The notes under the pieces: model-generated | Databases searched by the model: none | What the model was told of the DNA's origin: nothing | What the model saw: the letters and a program-made list of their open reading frames with translations, nothing else | Part shown: one piece after another, positions 1-9,792 of the stretch | Numbering within the stretch: the first letter of the stretch is position 1 | How the letters are laid out: the number at the start of each line of letters is the position of its first letter | Source of the DNA: Candidatus Saccharimonadota bacterium | GTDB taxonomy: Archaea; Nanohalarchaeota; Nanosalinia; Nanosalinales; Nanosalinaceae | Length of the DNA: 32,000 bases | Reading direction: 5' to 3' | Assembly (NCBI RefSeq): GCF_047555085.1 | Contig: NZ_CP180230.1 | Location: 600,001-632,000 of the forward strand | Position numbers and translations under genes: made by a program

Positions 1-804
1 CTGTTTCTTAGATTTCATGATTTCTTGAAGATCTAATGGGAGGAAAGTGTAGTCTTCAAGTTCATCGAATCTGTTAAGCCAGTTATACACTGTGAGGGAT
101 ACAAGGCCCATGATAACGCTGTATGAAAGCAGTGGATTGGACAGGAATATGGACGTTACCGGGAAGTAAAGTACTAGAGTCCAGTAGAACGCTGTCAGAA
201 GGCCTACAGAGAAAAGAATCTTCAGGAATCCACCCGAGGATCTGAAGAGATCAAGCACAGATTTTGCGGACAAAGGCCTCAATCCGGATAGCCTGCCGTA
301 GTTGAGGAAGCGATTTGAGGGCAGGGTTAGCGAACTTACTGTTATTACTGTGCTGACAAGTATTCCTCCCAAGAAGAGTAAAGGAGCCATATAGACTACC
401 GAGACATAGTTAAGGCCTGCTAGTATAAGGAATCCTGCGATTATAGGCAGCACCATGAGTACAGAGTAGTAGAATATATCCTTGACTACAAAACTTGTAA
501 TCAGGCTTTTTCGTGATATCGGCAGTGTTCTGGAGGTGAATACGAGATAGTTTGTCCTGCCCAGTACATTTCTGAATGCATCACGGCTTGAAAATCCTAC
601 AGCTCCAACTCCAAGCCCCAGGAAAGCTGAGAGGCCTAGCACAAAGTTCTGAAGTGTTTCAGCAGTTATAACAGAAAAATTCAATGCCATCCAGTTCCAG
701 GCAAAACTGAAGAAAAATACAAGTACGGGGAAAGCTGCAAAAGAGCGGCCTCTGTACAGCGCAGAGTTCTTGCGCCACTCCTCTTCAATCATCTTCTTTA
801 TCAT
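1..804 (-). CDS. ABC-2-type transporter permease, truncated at the window edge (268 codons open to base 1)
   Basis: Own translation of the minus strand from ATG 804 (MIKKMIEEEWRKNSALYRGRSFAAFPVLVFFFSF...) has no stop down to base 1. It contains several hydrophobic spans. It lies 25 nt downstream of the ABC ATPase on the same strand. It is absent from the ORF track because it has no stop in the window. Confidence 0.7.
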   Translation of the reverse strand, partial: MIKKMIEEEWRKNSALYRGRSFAAFPVLVFFFSFAWNWMALNFSVITAETLQNFVLGLSAFLGLGVGAVGFSSRDAFRNVLGRTNYLVFTSRTLPISRKSLITSFVVKDIFYYSVLMVLPIIAGFLILAGLNYVSVVYMAPLLFLGGILVSTVITVSSLTLPSNRFLNYGRLSGLRPLSAKSVLDLFRSSGGFLKILFSVGLLTAFYWTLVLYFPVTSIFLSNPLLSYSVIMGLVSLTVYNWLNRFDELEDYTFLPLDLQEIMKSKKQ

Positions 805-829
805 AATTTTTTACAGGCCTCTACGTTAA

Positions 830-1507
830 TTATTGATCTTCCAGGAATTTTTCCTTCAAGTTTTCGACTTCTGTGATCTCTCTAGTTATTTTTCCATCTT
901 TAAGGAAGAAAACTCTATCGCATACCTCTTCTGCCAGGGAGATAACGTGTGTGCAGAGGAAGACTGTGCCTCCGTTGTCTCTTCTCTCCTTGAAAACTTT
1001 CTTGGCCTCTTCCTGGACTACAGGATCAAGATTGACGAGAGGCTCATCGATGAAAACAATCTCTGGATCATGGAAGAAGGCCTGAGTAATCATAAGTTTC
1101 TGTCTCTCTCCCTTGGAAAGATTGCGCGTCTGACTATCCATTTTTCCCTCCATGTTCAGTCTTTCTATCCAGGCCTGTTTATCGATTTCAGTATCCCTTG
1201 TATCTGAGACAAAGTCGAGGTATTCGCTGCCCGTCAGAAAGCTAGGCGGATCCTCTCTTTCCGGGAGTATGCCCATTTTTTCACGGGCCTCTACAGGATT
1301 TTCCGATGGATCTATTCCAAGTATCTCTGCAGTTCCTGCATCCGATTTCATCTGGCCTGTCAGTATCTGGATTAAAGTAGATTTCCCTGCGCCATTCGGG
1401 CCAAGTACACCGACTATCTCGCCCTCCTCCACTTCAAGATCGATGCCGTCAAGCGCTTTTACATCACCGAAACTTTTCTTCAGGCCTTTAACTTCGATAA
1501 GAGACAT
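830..1507 (-). CDS. ABC transporter ATP-binding protein
   Basis: Walker A GPNGAGKST, ABC signature LSKGERQK and Walker B IVFIDEP are present. A TATA-like AATTTATACAGG lies about 27 nt upstream of the ATG. Confidence 0.92.
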   Translation of the reverse strand: MSLIEVKGLKKSFGDVKALDGIDLEVEEGEIVGVLGPNGAGKSTLIQILTGQMKSDAGTAEILGIDPSENPVEAREKMGILPEREDPPSFLTGSEYLDFVSDTRDTEIDKQAWIERLNMEGKMDSQTRNLSKGERQKLMITQAFFHDPEIVFIDEPLVNLDPVVQEEAKKVFKERRDNGGTVFLCTHVISLAEEVCDRVFFLKDGKITREITEVENLKEKFLEDQ

Positions 1508-1605
1508 TGTTTGAACACTTATTCAGGCCTGTATAAATTGGTTGGGGGATGGAGTGAAGGAACAGTGGTTTAAGTTTAAATGCAGAAGTTCTTCTCTGTA
1601 CTGCG

Positions 1606-2685
1606 ATGAATCCTCAGGAAAGCGATAATGTTCTAAAGCACATACAGAGCGACAAGAAAAAGGTTTCAAACTTTCTCGATAACTATCTGGATGAATGGGA
1701 GGAGATGGAGCCTGATGCAAGCCGCTGGAGATCAGACATCAAGGGAAGAATGAAGGAAATGGCGAAAGGCGGCAAAATGGTGCGTGGCGCACTTGTACTT
1801 AAAACAAATAATTTCTACGACGGAAAAAATACAGATGAGGCAGTAAAAGTTGCCGGAGCGATTGAACTTCTGCATACAGGCCTCCTCATGCACGACGATA
1901 TAATCGACAAAGACGATTACAGGAGAGGGATGCCGACTTTCGCCAAGCAGTATCAGGAACTTGGTGAAGACGAGGATCTTGACAACGTCGAGCATTTCGG
2001 AGCAGGCATGGCTATAGCCGGCGGAGATATCGCATACTTCATGGGGCAGGGCCTGCTGGCAGATCTGGATATAAAGCCCGAAAAAAGGAGAAAGATCACA
2101 GAACTTGTTTTCTCCGAGTTCTCTGCTGTAGGCCTCGCAGAGCAGGTAGACATATACTCAGGGTACTCGAAGGAAGAGATTGATGAAGAAGAAATTATGC
2201 GGCTTTACAGAGATAAGACAGCGCGTTATACTTTCTCTCTTCCTTTCAAGGCCGGGGCTTTGATGGCTGAGGCCTCTGAGGATGAGATAGAAAGGCTTTA
2301 TCGACTGGGAGAGCGTATCGGTATTATCTTCCAGTTGCGTGACGATGAATTGAGTCTTTTCGGTGATGAGGCCGAGACAGGTAAGTCTCTGGGATCTGAT
2401 CTCGAGGAGAACAAGAAGACTCTGCATCGCTTGAAAATGCTGGAAAAGCTTCCTGAAGACGAAAGGGAAAGTATGCGTGAAAAACTCAGGAAGGATCTTG
2501 ATCACGAGGAGAAAGCAGAGATAATCGAGAAGATGAACGAGCTGGAAGTCCAGAAAGAAGTCCAGGAAAAGATGAGCGAACTCGCGGAAGAGGCCTACAG
2601 TGATATAGAGAATCTAGAGGCTCCTGAAGATTTCAAGGATTTCCTGCGGAAGCTGACGGATTTCTGTCTGGAGAGACGGAAGTAA
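1606..2685 (+). CDS. trans-polyprenyl diphosphate synthase (GGPP-synthase-like)
   Basis: First Asp-rich motif LLMHDDIIDKDDYRRG. The second motif, FQLRDDELSLFGDEAETGKSLGSDLEENKKT, reads DDELS rather than canonical DDxxD. TATA-like TTTAAGTTTAAAT lies about 25 nt upstream. Confidence 0.88.
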   Translation: MNPQESDNVLKHIQSDKKKVSNFLDNYLDEWEEMEPDASRWRSDIKGRMKEMAKGGKMVRGALVLKTNNFYDGKNTDEAVKVAGAIELLHTGLLMHDDIIDKDDYRRGMPTFAKQYQELGEDEDLDNVEHFGAGMAIAGGDIAYFMGQGLLADLDIKPEKRRKITELVFSEFSAVGLAEQVDIYSGYSKEEIDEEEIMRLYRDKTARYTFSLPFKAGALMAEASEDEIERLYRLGERIGIIFQLRDDELSLFGDEAETGKSLGSDLEENKKTLHRLKMLEKLPEDERESMREKLRKDLDHEEKAEIIEKMNELEVQKEVQEKMSELAEEAYSDIENLEAPEDFKDFLRKLTDFCLERRK

Positions 2686-2686
2686 G

Positions 2687-3088
2687 TCATGTATTAGGCC
2701 TGTAGGCCATCAGGTACAGCGTGAAAGCTGTGAATACTAAGGCTACCGAGGTAGAGACGATATTCTGTGGTGCAAGGCCTCCATTAGTTGACAGGCCTGC
2801 AGTATAACTTGAGTAAATCAGCACCAGGAAAACTGCTGTTTTCAGGGCCTCGTAGGAGTTTCTGTGTTCTGATTCGTCGTATCTTCTTCCTTTTCTCAGG
2901 ACGAGATGTAGATAGGCGAGAGCGATAAGCAGAAAGTTCGGAAGGATAAGTGCAAATGTTAATGATCCAAGATCCATGGACTGAAAGTATCCTACAAGGT
3001 ACGAGGATAAAAGCACTACTGTCGCGATCAGTGAATCTATGAGCATCCTTCTCTGTTTGAGGCCTATCACAGAAAATTTTTTCGTCAC
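2687..3088 (-). CDS. small integral membrane protein, unknown function
   Basis: 133-aa ORF with about 4 hydrophobic spans. It has a GTG start at 3088, and the internal ATG at codon 15 is also possible. No recognisable motif. Confidence 0.5.
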   Translation of the reverse strand: MTKKFSVIGLKQRRMLIDSLIATVVLLSSYLVGYFQSMDLGSLTFALILPNFLLIALAYLHLVLRKGRRYDESEHRNSYEALKTAVFLVLIYSSYTAGLSTNGGLAPQNIVSTSVALVFTAFTLYLMAYRPNT

Positions 3089-3168
3089 GAACTATGATAT
3101 ATTTTGGACCCAGGACTCTGTCAAGGCCTCGGATTTATTATCTTTCTGAAACTGTTTTTACGTGTTGG

Positions 3169-4335
3169 ATGAGAAAGACTGTTGATCTAGGCGATCGAAC
3201 TGTAACTTTAGTCGGTACTGCGCATGTATCTCAGGAGAGCAAGGAAGAGGTTCACTCCAGTATAGAGGAGCTTGAGCCGGATTTTGTAGGCGTGGAGCTT
3301 GATGAAAGCCGTTACGATTCCTTAAGAAATGGAAGCGGCTGGAAAGATTTGAACATAGTTGAGGCAATTAGAGAAGGTAAAGGGTTCCTTCTGTTCATGA
3401 ATCTCATTCTTTCAATCTACCAGAGGCGTATAGGCCTTCAGGAAGACGTTAAGCCTGGTGAAGAACTACTTGAAGCAGTTAAAACTGCTGAAGAAAATGA
3501 TATAGAGTACGGATTAATCGACAGAGACATCAATGAAACTTTCCGCATAGCCATGGAGAAGCTTTCTGTATGGGAGAAGCTGAAGCTTGTAAGCTCTATG
3601 TTTATCGCGGATGAAGAGATGGAAGTTGAAGACTTGAAAGAAGACAACATGCTTAACACTGTTATCAAGGCCTTGGAAGAAGAATTTCCTACCTTGAAGG
3701 AGACTTTTCTTGACGAAAGAAATCGTTTCATGGCCAAAAAAATACTTGACAGAGATTTTGAAAACGGAGTAGTTGTCGTAGGCGCTGCACATGTCGAAGG
3801 CCTTGCAGAAGAACTTCAGAAGAAAAGTGAAGACATACAGGTAAGAAAAGAAGATACAGGATTCTCACTTCCATGGCTGAAAATACTGAAGTACGGCATC
3901 CCTGCTTTGATAATCAGTATGCTTGCCTACAGCTTCTACAAGATAGGATTCTGTACAGGCCTGAATCTTACAGGAGCCTGGATACTGATGAACGGAATCG
4001 GAGCTTTCATCGGAGCTGTACTGGCAAGAGCTCATCCTGCGACATGGATAGTCTCATTCGTATCTGCTCCATTAACTTCCCTCTCACCTGCTATCGGAGC
4101 GGGCATGGTTGCGGCATACTTCGAGGGCAAGTTCTTCCCTCCTACTGTGGAGGAGCTTGAAAGCGTTGCAGAGATAACAGGATACAGAGATCTCTGGAGC
4201 AATCAGGCAAGCAAGATACTGCTTGTCTTCATACTTGTATCGATAGGAAGCGCTATCGCAACTTTCGCAGGGGCAGGATACATTGCTTCAAGCCTTGGAA
4301 CGGCTACAGCATGTACTTCTCTTCCCATCTTCTGA
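3169..4335 (+). CDS. TraB/PrgY family protein with C-terminal membrane domain
   Basis: N-terminal VTLVGTAHVSQESKEEV and later VVVVGAAHVEGL are typical of the TraB family, followed by C-terminal TM helices. I prefer ATG 3169 (MRKTVDLGD...) over the track start 3094, because TATA-like GGATTTATTATC lies about 30 nt upstream of 3169. Confidence 0.85.
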   Translation: MRKTVDLGDRTVTLVGTAHVSQESKEEVHSSIEELEPDFVGVELDESRYDSLRNGSGWKDLNIVEAIREGKGFLLFMNLILSIYQRRIGLQEDVKPGEELLEAVKTAEENDIEYGLIDRDINETFRIAMEKLSVWEKLKLVSSMFIADEEMEVEDLKEDNMLNTVIKALEEEFPTLKETFLDERNRFMAKKILDRDFENGVVVVGAAHVEGLAEELQKKSEDIQVRKEDTGFSLPWLKILKYGIPALIISMLAYSFYKIGFCTGLNLTGAWILMNGIGAFIGAVLARAHPATWIVSFVSAPLTSLSPAIGAGMVAAYFEGKFFPPTVEELESVAEITGYRDLWSNQASKILLVFILVSIGSAIATFAGAGYIASSLGTATACTSLPIF

Positions 4336-4975
4336 TTTTTTCATCCCAGTTATCCTCCCCCAGTTTTTCCTCTGACCCATCTTCTTCGTCAAATTCGAAG
4401 TCTTTCATCCATATACCTATCAGAGAACCTGTCAAAAGACCGAATAGATGGGCCTCGTATGCAGTACCTGTTCCAGAGCCTATACCAGCAAGATTGATCA
4501 TCACGTACACTGCCAGTACTATATACATCGGAACAGGGATTCCCAGAGCCAGGCCTATTTTTCTGGGCCTGTAAACTGCCAGTGCGGAGAGAACTCCCAT
4601 TGCTCCTCCTGAAGCACCGATTATATAGGAATCCGTGTAGAAAATGAATGCCGTGATATTTGCAAAAATAGCTGAAGCAAGAAAAGTATAGATAAACGTC
4701 TTTCTTGAAGTAATGAGTTCAAAGACTGTTCCAAAGAGGCCCAGGAAAAATATGTTGTTGAAGAGATGTTCTGCATCGCTGTGGCCGAAAAATGAGAGGA
4801 AAAAATTTACAGGATGTGACTCGTAGGCCTGGAATCCTGGATCAAATCCTGTGAAAAGCTGTAATGCGTAGACAAAGATCAGGAAAGTACAGAAGTAAAG
4901 AGAAAAAGGTATTTGAGGGATTTTATCCATTTTTTCCATTTTCTGGCCTCTGTCAGATCTTTGAAAGGATTTCAC
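4304..4975 (-). CDS. rhomboid family intramembrane serine protease
   Basis: HLFNNIFF (HxxxN), GASGGAMGV (GxSG) and AHLFGLLTG (His) sit in hydrophobic helices. The real start may be Met13 or Met16 (4939/4930), which would remove the overlap with lysK. Confidence 0.85.
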   Translation of the reverse strand: MKSFQRSDRGQKMEKMDKIPQIPFSLYFCTFLIFVYALQLFTGFDPGFQAYESHPVNFFLSFFGHSDAEHLFNNIFFLGLFGTVFELITSRKTFIYTFLASAIFANITAFIFYTDSYIIGASGGAMGVLSALAVYRPRKIGLALGIPVPMYIVLAVYVMINLAGIGSGTGTAYEAHLFGLLTGSLIGIWMKDFEFDEEDGSEEKLGEDNWDEKIRRWEEKYML

Positions 4976-6545
4976 GGCTCTTTTCCTGGCCTATCGACAT
5001 GATCAGTGTAGACAGGCGTGGGCCGCTTTCCCTTCCGAGTATGGCCCTGTAGGAGGCCTCGAAGAAATCTCCGGCTTCCAGAGGTGATGCATCCTGAACG
5101 TTCCAGAGTTCGCCGTCCAGCTCATCAGCATCTTCAAAATCCTGATTCCCGAGAGCTTCCTGTATCAGATTCAGTGTTTCAACTTCCTCATCCGTAAAGT
5201 CTTCAGGAGGCCTCTCGTTGATTCTGTACACGTAGTCCTCGGGAGCGTATTCACGGGCCCAGTTCTTCGCTCTTCTCAGGCGATCGATTACCTGTTGCTC
5301 CTCATCTTCAGAGATATCCTCCGGGACATGTCCTGTCCGGCGAAGTGATTCAAGGCCTTTACTCCTCCATTCATCCTCAGGGACTGTCTGAGCGACGAAT
5401 GCAGCATGCTTGAAAGGTACACGAAGAGGCCTTTCATCAGGCAGTTCCACCATCGCCAGTTCGTAGACTCTTTCCTGATGCCTCTGCTTTTTCTCGTTGT
5501 CAAGGCCTTCCCCGAAGTAGTTTTCCTCAAATCTGTCGAAACGATCGTATATCTGTATGATCTCCTCATCGAAGGCCAGGTTGATCACTTTCTTCGGCTT
5601 TGTCTGGCTGAAAAGGAAACGAATCATCTCAGGACTGTATATCTCCTTCATGTCGTCGAGAGTCAATACGTTCTCTCCTGAACTCGATGAAATCTTTTTA
5701 TCCGAGCCTTTAGGCCTGACAAAATCGTACATCTGGTATACAGGTGCTTCAGCATCGTAGACTTCTTCTATTATCTGTTTGCCTGTATCCCTTGACGATC
5801 CTGCTGCGGAGTGATCCTTCCCTCCGGGCTCGAAGGAAACGTTTTCGTAGAACCATCTCATCGGCCAGTCAACTCTCCAGGGCGGCTTGACGGAATCCTC
5901 CTCCTTGAAATTGATTTCAAAGGCCTCTTCGCATTCGTTGCAGTTATATTCTACTGTGTATTCGCCGTCGTAGTCATTTATTTCTGTGAAGTCTTTGCCG
6001 CATTCCTTGCAGTAGACTCTGAGTGGCTGCCAGTCTTCTTCCAGCGGCTCCTGTCTATACTGATCCAGTATATCTTTGATCTTTTCCCTGTTGTTCATCG
6101 CTTTCTTGATCAAGTCAGCGTATTCGCCTTTCTGGAACATCTTGCTCTGGCGGATGAACTCGATATCCATGTGCATATCCTCGAGCTGTTCCTCAAGTCG
6201 GGCCTCGAAGTGTTCTGCGTAGCTTTCGTGGCAGCCTTCCGGATCTGGAACTTTGCTTAGCGGGAGGCCTATGTATTTCTCGAATTCGTCCGGTACGTTG
6301 TCAGGGACTTTTCTGAAACGATCGTAGTCGTCCCAGGAGTAGATGAATCGTGTATCTTCATCGTAGTACTGCAGCGATTTGACAACGAAGTCTGTAGTGA
6401 TGATCTCCCTGAAGTTTCCGATGTGGACGTGGCCTGAAGGAGAAATTCCGGATGCACATACGTATGTGTCCTGATCTTCGAATTTTCTCTTTACTCCGTA
6501 AGCTAGCTGGTCGGACCAGAAAAGTGGCTGTTCTTGATCGCTCAT
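4953..6545 (-). CDS. lysK: lysine--tRNA ligase, class I (archaeal type)
   Basis: HVHIGNFRE (HIGH) and KISSSSGENV (KMSKS-like), with a length of about 530 aa and the overall pattern of class I LysRS. Confidence 0.92.
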   Translation of the reverse strand: MSDQEQPLFWSDQLAYGVKRKFEDQDTYVCASGISPSGHVHIGNFREIITTDFVVKSLQYYDEDTRFIYSWDDYDRFRKVPDNVPDEFEKYIGLPLSKVPDPEGCHESYAEHFEARLEEQLEDMHMDIEFIRQSKMFQKGEYADLIKKAMNNREKIKDILDQYRQEPLEEDWQPLRVYCKECGKDFTEINDYDGEYTVEYNCNECEEAFEINFKEEDSVKPPWRVDWPMRWFYENVSFEPGGKDHSAAGSSRDTGKQIIEEVYDAEAPVYQMYDFVRPKGSDKKISSSSGENVLTLDDMKEIYSPEMIRFLFSQTKPKKVINLAFDEEIIQIYDRFDRFEENYFGEGLDNEKKQRHQERVYELAMVELPDERPLRVPFKHAAFVAQTVPEDEWRSKGLESLRRTGHVPEDISEDEEQQVIDRLRRAKNWAREYAPEDYVYRINERPPEDFTDEEVETLNLIQEALGNQDFEDADELDGELWNVQDASPLEAGDFFEASYRAILGRESGPRLSTLIMSIGQEKSREILSKI

Positions 6546-6620
6546 ATGGAAAGCTTGCTCAAATACATTTTTACTCGTTACCCGGGAAAAAGGGGAATTA
6601 TTAAAGACCTGTGAACATTC

Positions 6621-7883
6621 TTGACTTGTATGTCAGTAACCGGATTTTTACAGGGAGTTAATCCACGGCTTGTATTCATGATAATTTTTGCCGGTGCACT
6701 GGCATTACTGATGTACAGGGACAGGAACAGCGTGCAGAGACAGTCAATACTTTTCTACAGAAGAACAAAGAAAGGCCTGAAACTTATAGACAGCATTGCA
6801 CAGAGATTTCCACGTTTCTGGAACTTCTACGGATGGGCAGGCCTCGTTGTAGGAGTCATCTCTATTCCTTTCATCCTCTGGAACATCGTGCTTTCGTTCT
6901 CACAGATGACACAGACGGGCGGAGCTTCCGGAGGCCCAAGTCTGATAGCTCCAGGCCTTTCCGGAGAGACAACTTTCCAGTCAGGTATCTCATTCATCCC
7001 TGTAGAGTACTGGCTGATCGCGATAGGCGTACTGATGTTCGTCCACGAAATGAGTCACGGCATAGTCGCCAGAGCAGAAGGAATGGAGCTTAACAGCGTC
7101 GGCTGGATCGTACTCGGGATAATTCCTGGAGCGTTCGTGGAGCCTAAAGGAGAGCAGATGCTGCCGGGAGAAGATGAAGAAAAAGACGGAGAAAACGAAG
7201 AGGCCTCTCTTGGAGGACACTGGGATCAGGGAACTCTCAGTTCAAGATTGAAGGTTCTTGCAGCAGGAAGCTTCGCAAATTATATTACAGCAGCAGTTAT
7301 GGGCGTATCAGCTCTTGCACTGTTTATGACTGTCGCCCAGCCTACAGGAGTTTTCTACCAGGCACAGGATGGACTGCCGGCAGCTGAATCAGGCATGAAC
7401 AACGGAACACTTTACAGCATCGGTGAACAGCCTGTGCATTACGGAAGTGACGTTCGGAAAGCACTTGAGAACTACGAGATAAACGATACTGTAGAAGTGA
7501 ACACGTCAGAAGGCATGTTTAATGTCACACTTATGGACAGAAACAGCTCCGCGCACATGGGAGTACTGATAGCCTCCGGCGAAGGCCCTGTGGCAGCGTT
7601 CTTCGACATGATATACGACAGAAGAACGATAAAGCCAGAATACAAGGATATTGAGGGCTTCCTGAGCTGGACACTTGGAGGACTGGAGGTAATAGCATTG
7701 CTCAATCTACTGATCGGACTTTTCAACATGTTGCCGATCAGGCCTCTTGATGGAGGACAAATGGTAGGAGCTGTAGTCGACAAATACTTTGAAGACAGCC
7801 AGACAGCATTCAATTACATCTCACTTGTCGTCTGGATATTCCTGCTTGGAGCAATGATATTTTCGATAGCTACAGGCCTGTAA
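6621..7883 (+). CDS. site-2 protease (M50 family) membrane metalloprotease
   Basis: HEMSHGIVAR (HExxH) and NMLPIRPLDGG (NxxPxxxLDG) are present in a multi-TM protein. TTG at 6621; ATG at 6630 is the likelier start. Confidence 0.88.
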   Translation: MTCMSVTGFLQGVNPRLVFMIIFAGALALLMYRDRNSVQRQSILFYRRTKKGLKLIDSIAQRFPRFWNFYGWAGLVVGVISIPFILWNIVLSFSQMTQTGGASGGPSLIAPGLSGETTFQSGISFIPVEYWLIAIGVLMFVHEMSHGIVARAEGMELNSVGWIVLGIIPGAFVEPKGEQMLPGEDEEKDGENEEASLGGHWDQGTLSSRLKVLAAGSFANYITAAVMGVSALALFMTVAQPTGVFYQAQDGLPAAESGMNNGTLYSIGEQPVHYGSDVRKALENYEINDTVEVNTSEGMFNVTLMDRNSSAHMGVLIASGEGPVAAFFDMIYDRRTIKPEYKDIEGFLSWTLGGLEVIALLNLLIGLFNMLPIRPLDGGQMVGAVVDKYFEDSQTAFNYISLVVWIFLLGAMIFSIATGL

Positions 7884-8018
7884 GAAGATTTTAAGCCATT
7901 CCAGAAAACGGCCTTGACACGGAATACCTTTATAAGTTTAACGGGAGAATTGTTGGCTTGTGAAAACCGATAAAAAATCTGGCTTCTCAGATTGTTTCAC
8001 TATCAAGAGGTAATTACA

Positions 8019-8213
8019 ATGAGTGAAGATACAAAGGAATGCCCTTACTGCGGAGAAGTCTTCGAATCCGATGATGAAGGAGATGCCGACATCAAGGAAG
8101 GAATCCATAGAGCTGAGGAACATGTGAACAACAACAGCTCCAAGGAAACAACTTCCAAGTCAAGCGGATCCAACATCGTCAGAAAGTGGAAGACTGAAGG
8201 CAAGAGGGCTTAA
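8019..8213 (+). CDS. small CPxCG / C2H2-like zinc-finger protein
   Basis: MSEDTKECPYCGEVFESDDEGDADIKEGIHRAEEH gives a Cys-x2-Cys ... His-x4-His pattern. ATG 8019 is preferred over the TTG 7992 of the track. Confidence 0.6.
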   Translation: MSEDTKECPYCGEVFESDDEGDADIKEGIHRAEEHVNNNSSKETTSKSSGSNIVRKWKTEGKRA

Positions 8214-8288
8214 AGAACCACATATACAGAACTTTCTTTTTTATTTACCGAAAGAACATTTCCCCCCCCCCAAATTTTTTCTTATCTG

Positions 8289-8636
8289 ATGACCAGAGTT
8301 ATTTTATCATTTTTCAGGCCTCCATTATGTATGACACACAAAATCGAGTTCACAGACCGTGATGAAACAGTAGAGGCCGAAGACGGCCAGTCCATCCTCC
8401 AGGCACTTCTACAGGGAGGAATCGAATACATGCACGCATGCGGAGGATTCTGCAACTGCACCACGTGTAGAGTCAAAATAGAGGAAGGCATGGAAAACGT
8501 TTCAGATATGCAAGACGACGAGAAAAACACGCTGCGAAGATTCCAGGGCGATGAAGTACTTGAAGGCCCGTACAGACTCAGCTGCCAGGTGAAAGTCCAC
8601 GGCGACATCAAAATCAGCGAACCAGAATGGTACTGA
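8289..8636 (+). CDS. 2Fe-2S ferredoxin (adrenodoxin/putidaredoxin type)
   Basis: ACGGFCNCTTCRV (C-x5-C-x2-C) plus a distal Cys in RLSCQV. The likely true start is Met15 at 8331 (MTHKIEFTD). Confidence 0.85.
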   Translation: MTRVILSFFRPPLCMTHKIEFTDRDETVEAEDGQSILQALLQGGIEYMHACGGFCNCTTCRVKIEEGMENVSDMQDDEKNTLRRFQGDEVLEGPYRLSCQVKVHGDIKISEPEWY

Positions 8637-8658
8637 AAAATTCTACAGAGGCCTCAAC

Positions 8659-9729
8659 ATGAAAGACGTCATAGTAGTAGGGGCAGGGCCTGTCGGATCA
8701 CAGGTAGCGAAGAACTTCGCCGAGAAAGGCCTCGACGTACTTGTTATAGAGAGAAGCGATGAAGTCGGGAGGCCTCTCGCATGTTCCGGACACGTCTCTC
8801 CCGATATCAAAAACTTTCTATCGAACGAGGAATTCGATGAGATATACCAGAACGAGATTACAGGTGCGAACTTTCACACCTCTGGAAAAGAATACAGCTT
8901 CTACCGGAACGAAACAGTTTCCTACGTGATCGATCGTGTAGGCCTTGACAGGAAGAAAGCTGAACAGGCCCGTGAAGCCGGAGCAGAGATAAAGCTGGGA
9001 GAGACTGTCGAAAAAGTACAGGAGAAAGAAGATAAAGTCATAGTGCATACGGATGAGGCCTCCTACGAGGGGAAGATTCTGGCAGGATGTGATGGAGCCT
9101 CTTCAACTGTAAGATCAGAGGTAGGCCTTCCGGAGCCGGATCATTTCTATCAGGGTATTCTGTGTTTCACGGACGAGGAGGACAGTTCTGATTTCGTGGA
9201 TGTTGTGCTGGATGTACCGGAGTTTTTCGGCTGGCGTATCCCCCGTGGAGACTCAGTCGAGTACGGTGTCGGTGTACCTAAAGGAGAGAATCCGATGAAG
9301 TGGCTGGAAAAAGTAACTGGAAAATTCGATGTGGAAAAACAGGATCGGAGAGATATCTGCGCCGGTGCGATACCGATCAAGCCTCCGGAAAAAGTTTCCA
9401 CCGAGAGAGTTTTCCTCGCAGGAGATGCTGCCGGGCAGACAAAGCCTTTCACAGGCGGAGGCATACTTTACGGGATGCGAGCTGCTGACAGGGCCTCAGA
9501 GACTATCGACGTCGACGATCCCGAACTTGAGAGATATGAACAGGCCTGGCGCAGCGAGTTGGGCAGGGATATTTTCCTTGGAGGCCTGATAGAGAAGGTT
9601 TACTCTATGCCTTCCCCTGTTCAGAGACTGGGGATGTGGATTTTCCAGGGAGAGATCGGTGTTCACATGGACAGGCCTTCCAGTCTTCTGAGTAGAAAGC
9701 AGTTGAAGGCTATGCTGCCGTGGACCTAG
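8659..9729 (+). CDS. geranylgeranyl reductase family flavoprotein (digeranylgeranylglycerophospholipid reductase-like)
   Basis: FAD fingerprint VIVVGAGPVGS, plus GCDGASSTVR and LAGDAAGQTKPFTGGGI. An SD-like GAGG lies 7 nt upstream. Confidence 0.88.
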   Translation: MKDVIVVGAGPVGSQVAKNFAEKGLDVLVIERSDEVGRPLACSGHVSPDIKNFLSNEEFDEIYQNEITGANFHTSGKEYSFYRNETVSYVIDRVGLDRKKAEQAREAGAEIKLGETVEKVQEKEDKVIVHTDEASYEGKILAGCDGASSTVRSEVGLPEPDHFYQGILCFTDEEDSSDFVDVVLDVPEFFGWRIPRGDSVEYGVGVPKGENPMKWLEKVTGKFDVEKQDRRDICAGAIPIKPPEKVSTERVFLAGDAAGQTKPFTGGGILYGMRAADRASETIDVDDPELERYEQAWRSELGRDIFLGGLIEKVYSMPSPVQRLGMWIFQGEIGVHMDRPSSLLSRKQLKAMLPWT

Positions 9730-9792
9730 GAACGGCTAGAGGGTATAAAAAACTTCCAAAGTGTTTGAGTTACAGGGAGCTGAAGAGTTTTC

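Noticed and set aside
833-1514. Three + strand ORFs (833..1207, 873..1085, 1152..1514) overlapping the ABC ATPase. Similar overlapping ORFs exist inside lysK, pyk, gatA/B, PAN and other genes.
   Set aside because: They lie antisense or out of frame to genes with clear catalytic motifs, and they have Ser/Phe/Leu-rich shadow composition unlike the acidic local proteome.
3094-3168. The 25-codon N-terminal extension of the TraB ORF in the track.
   Set aside because: The extension would cover its own TATA-like box (about 3131-3146). Family members start close to the GTAHVS motif, so ATG 3169 fits better.
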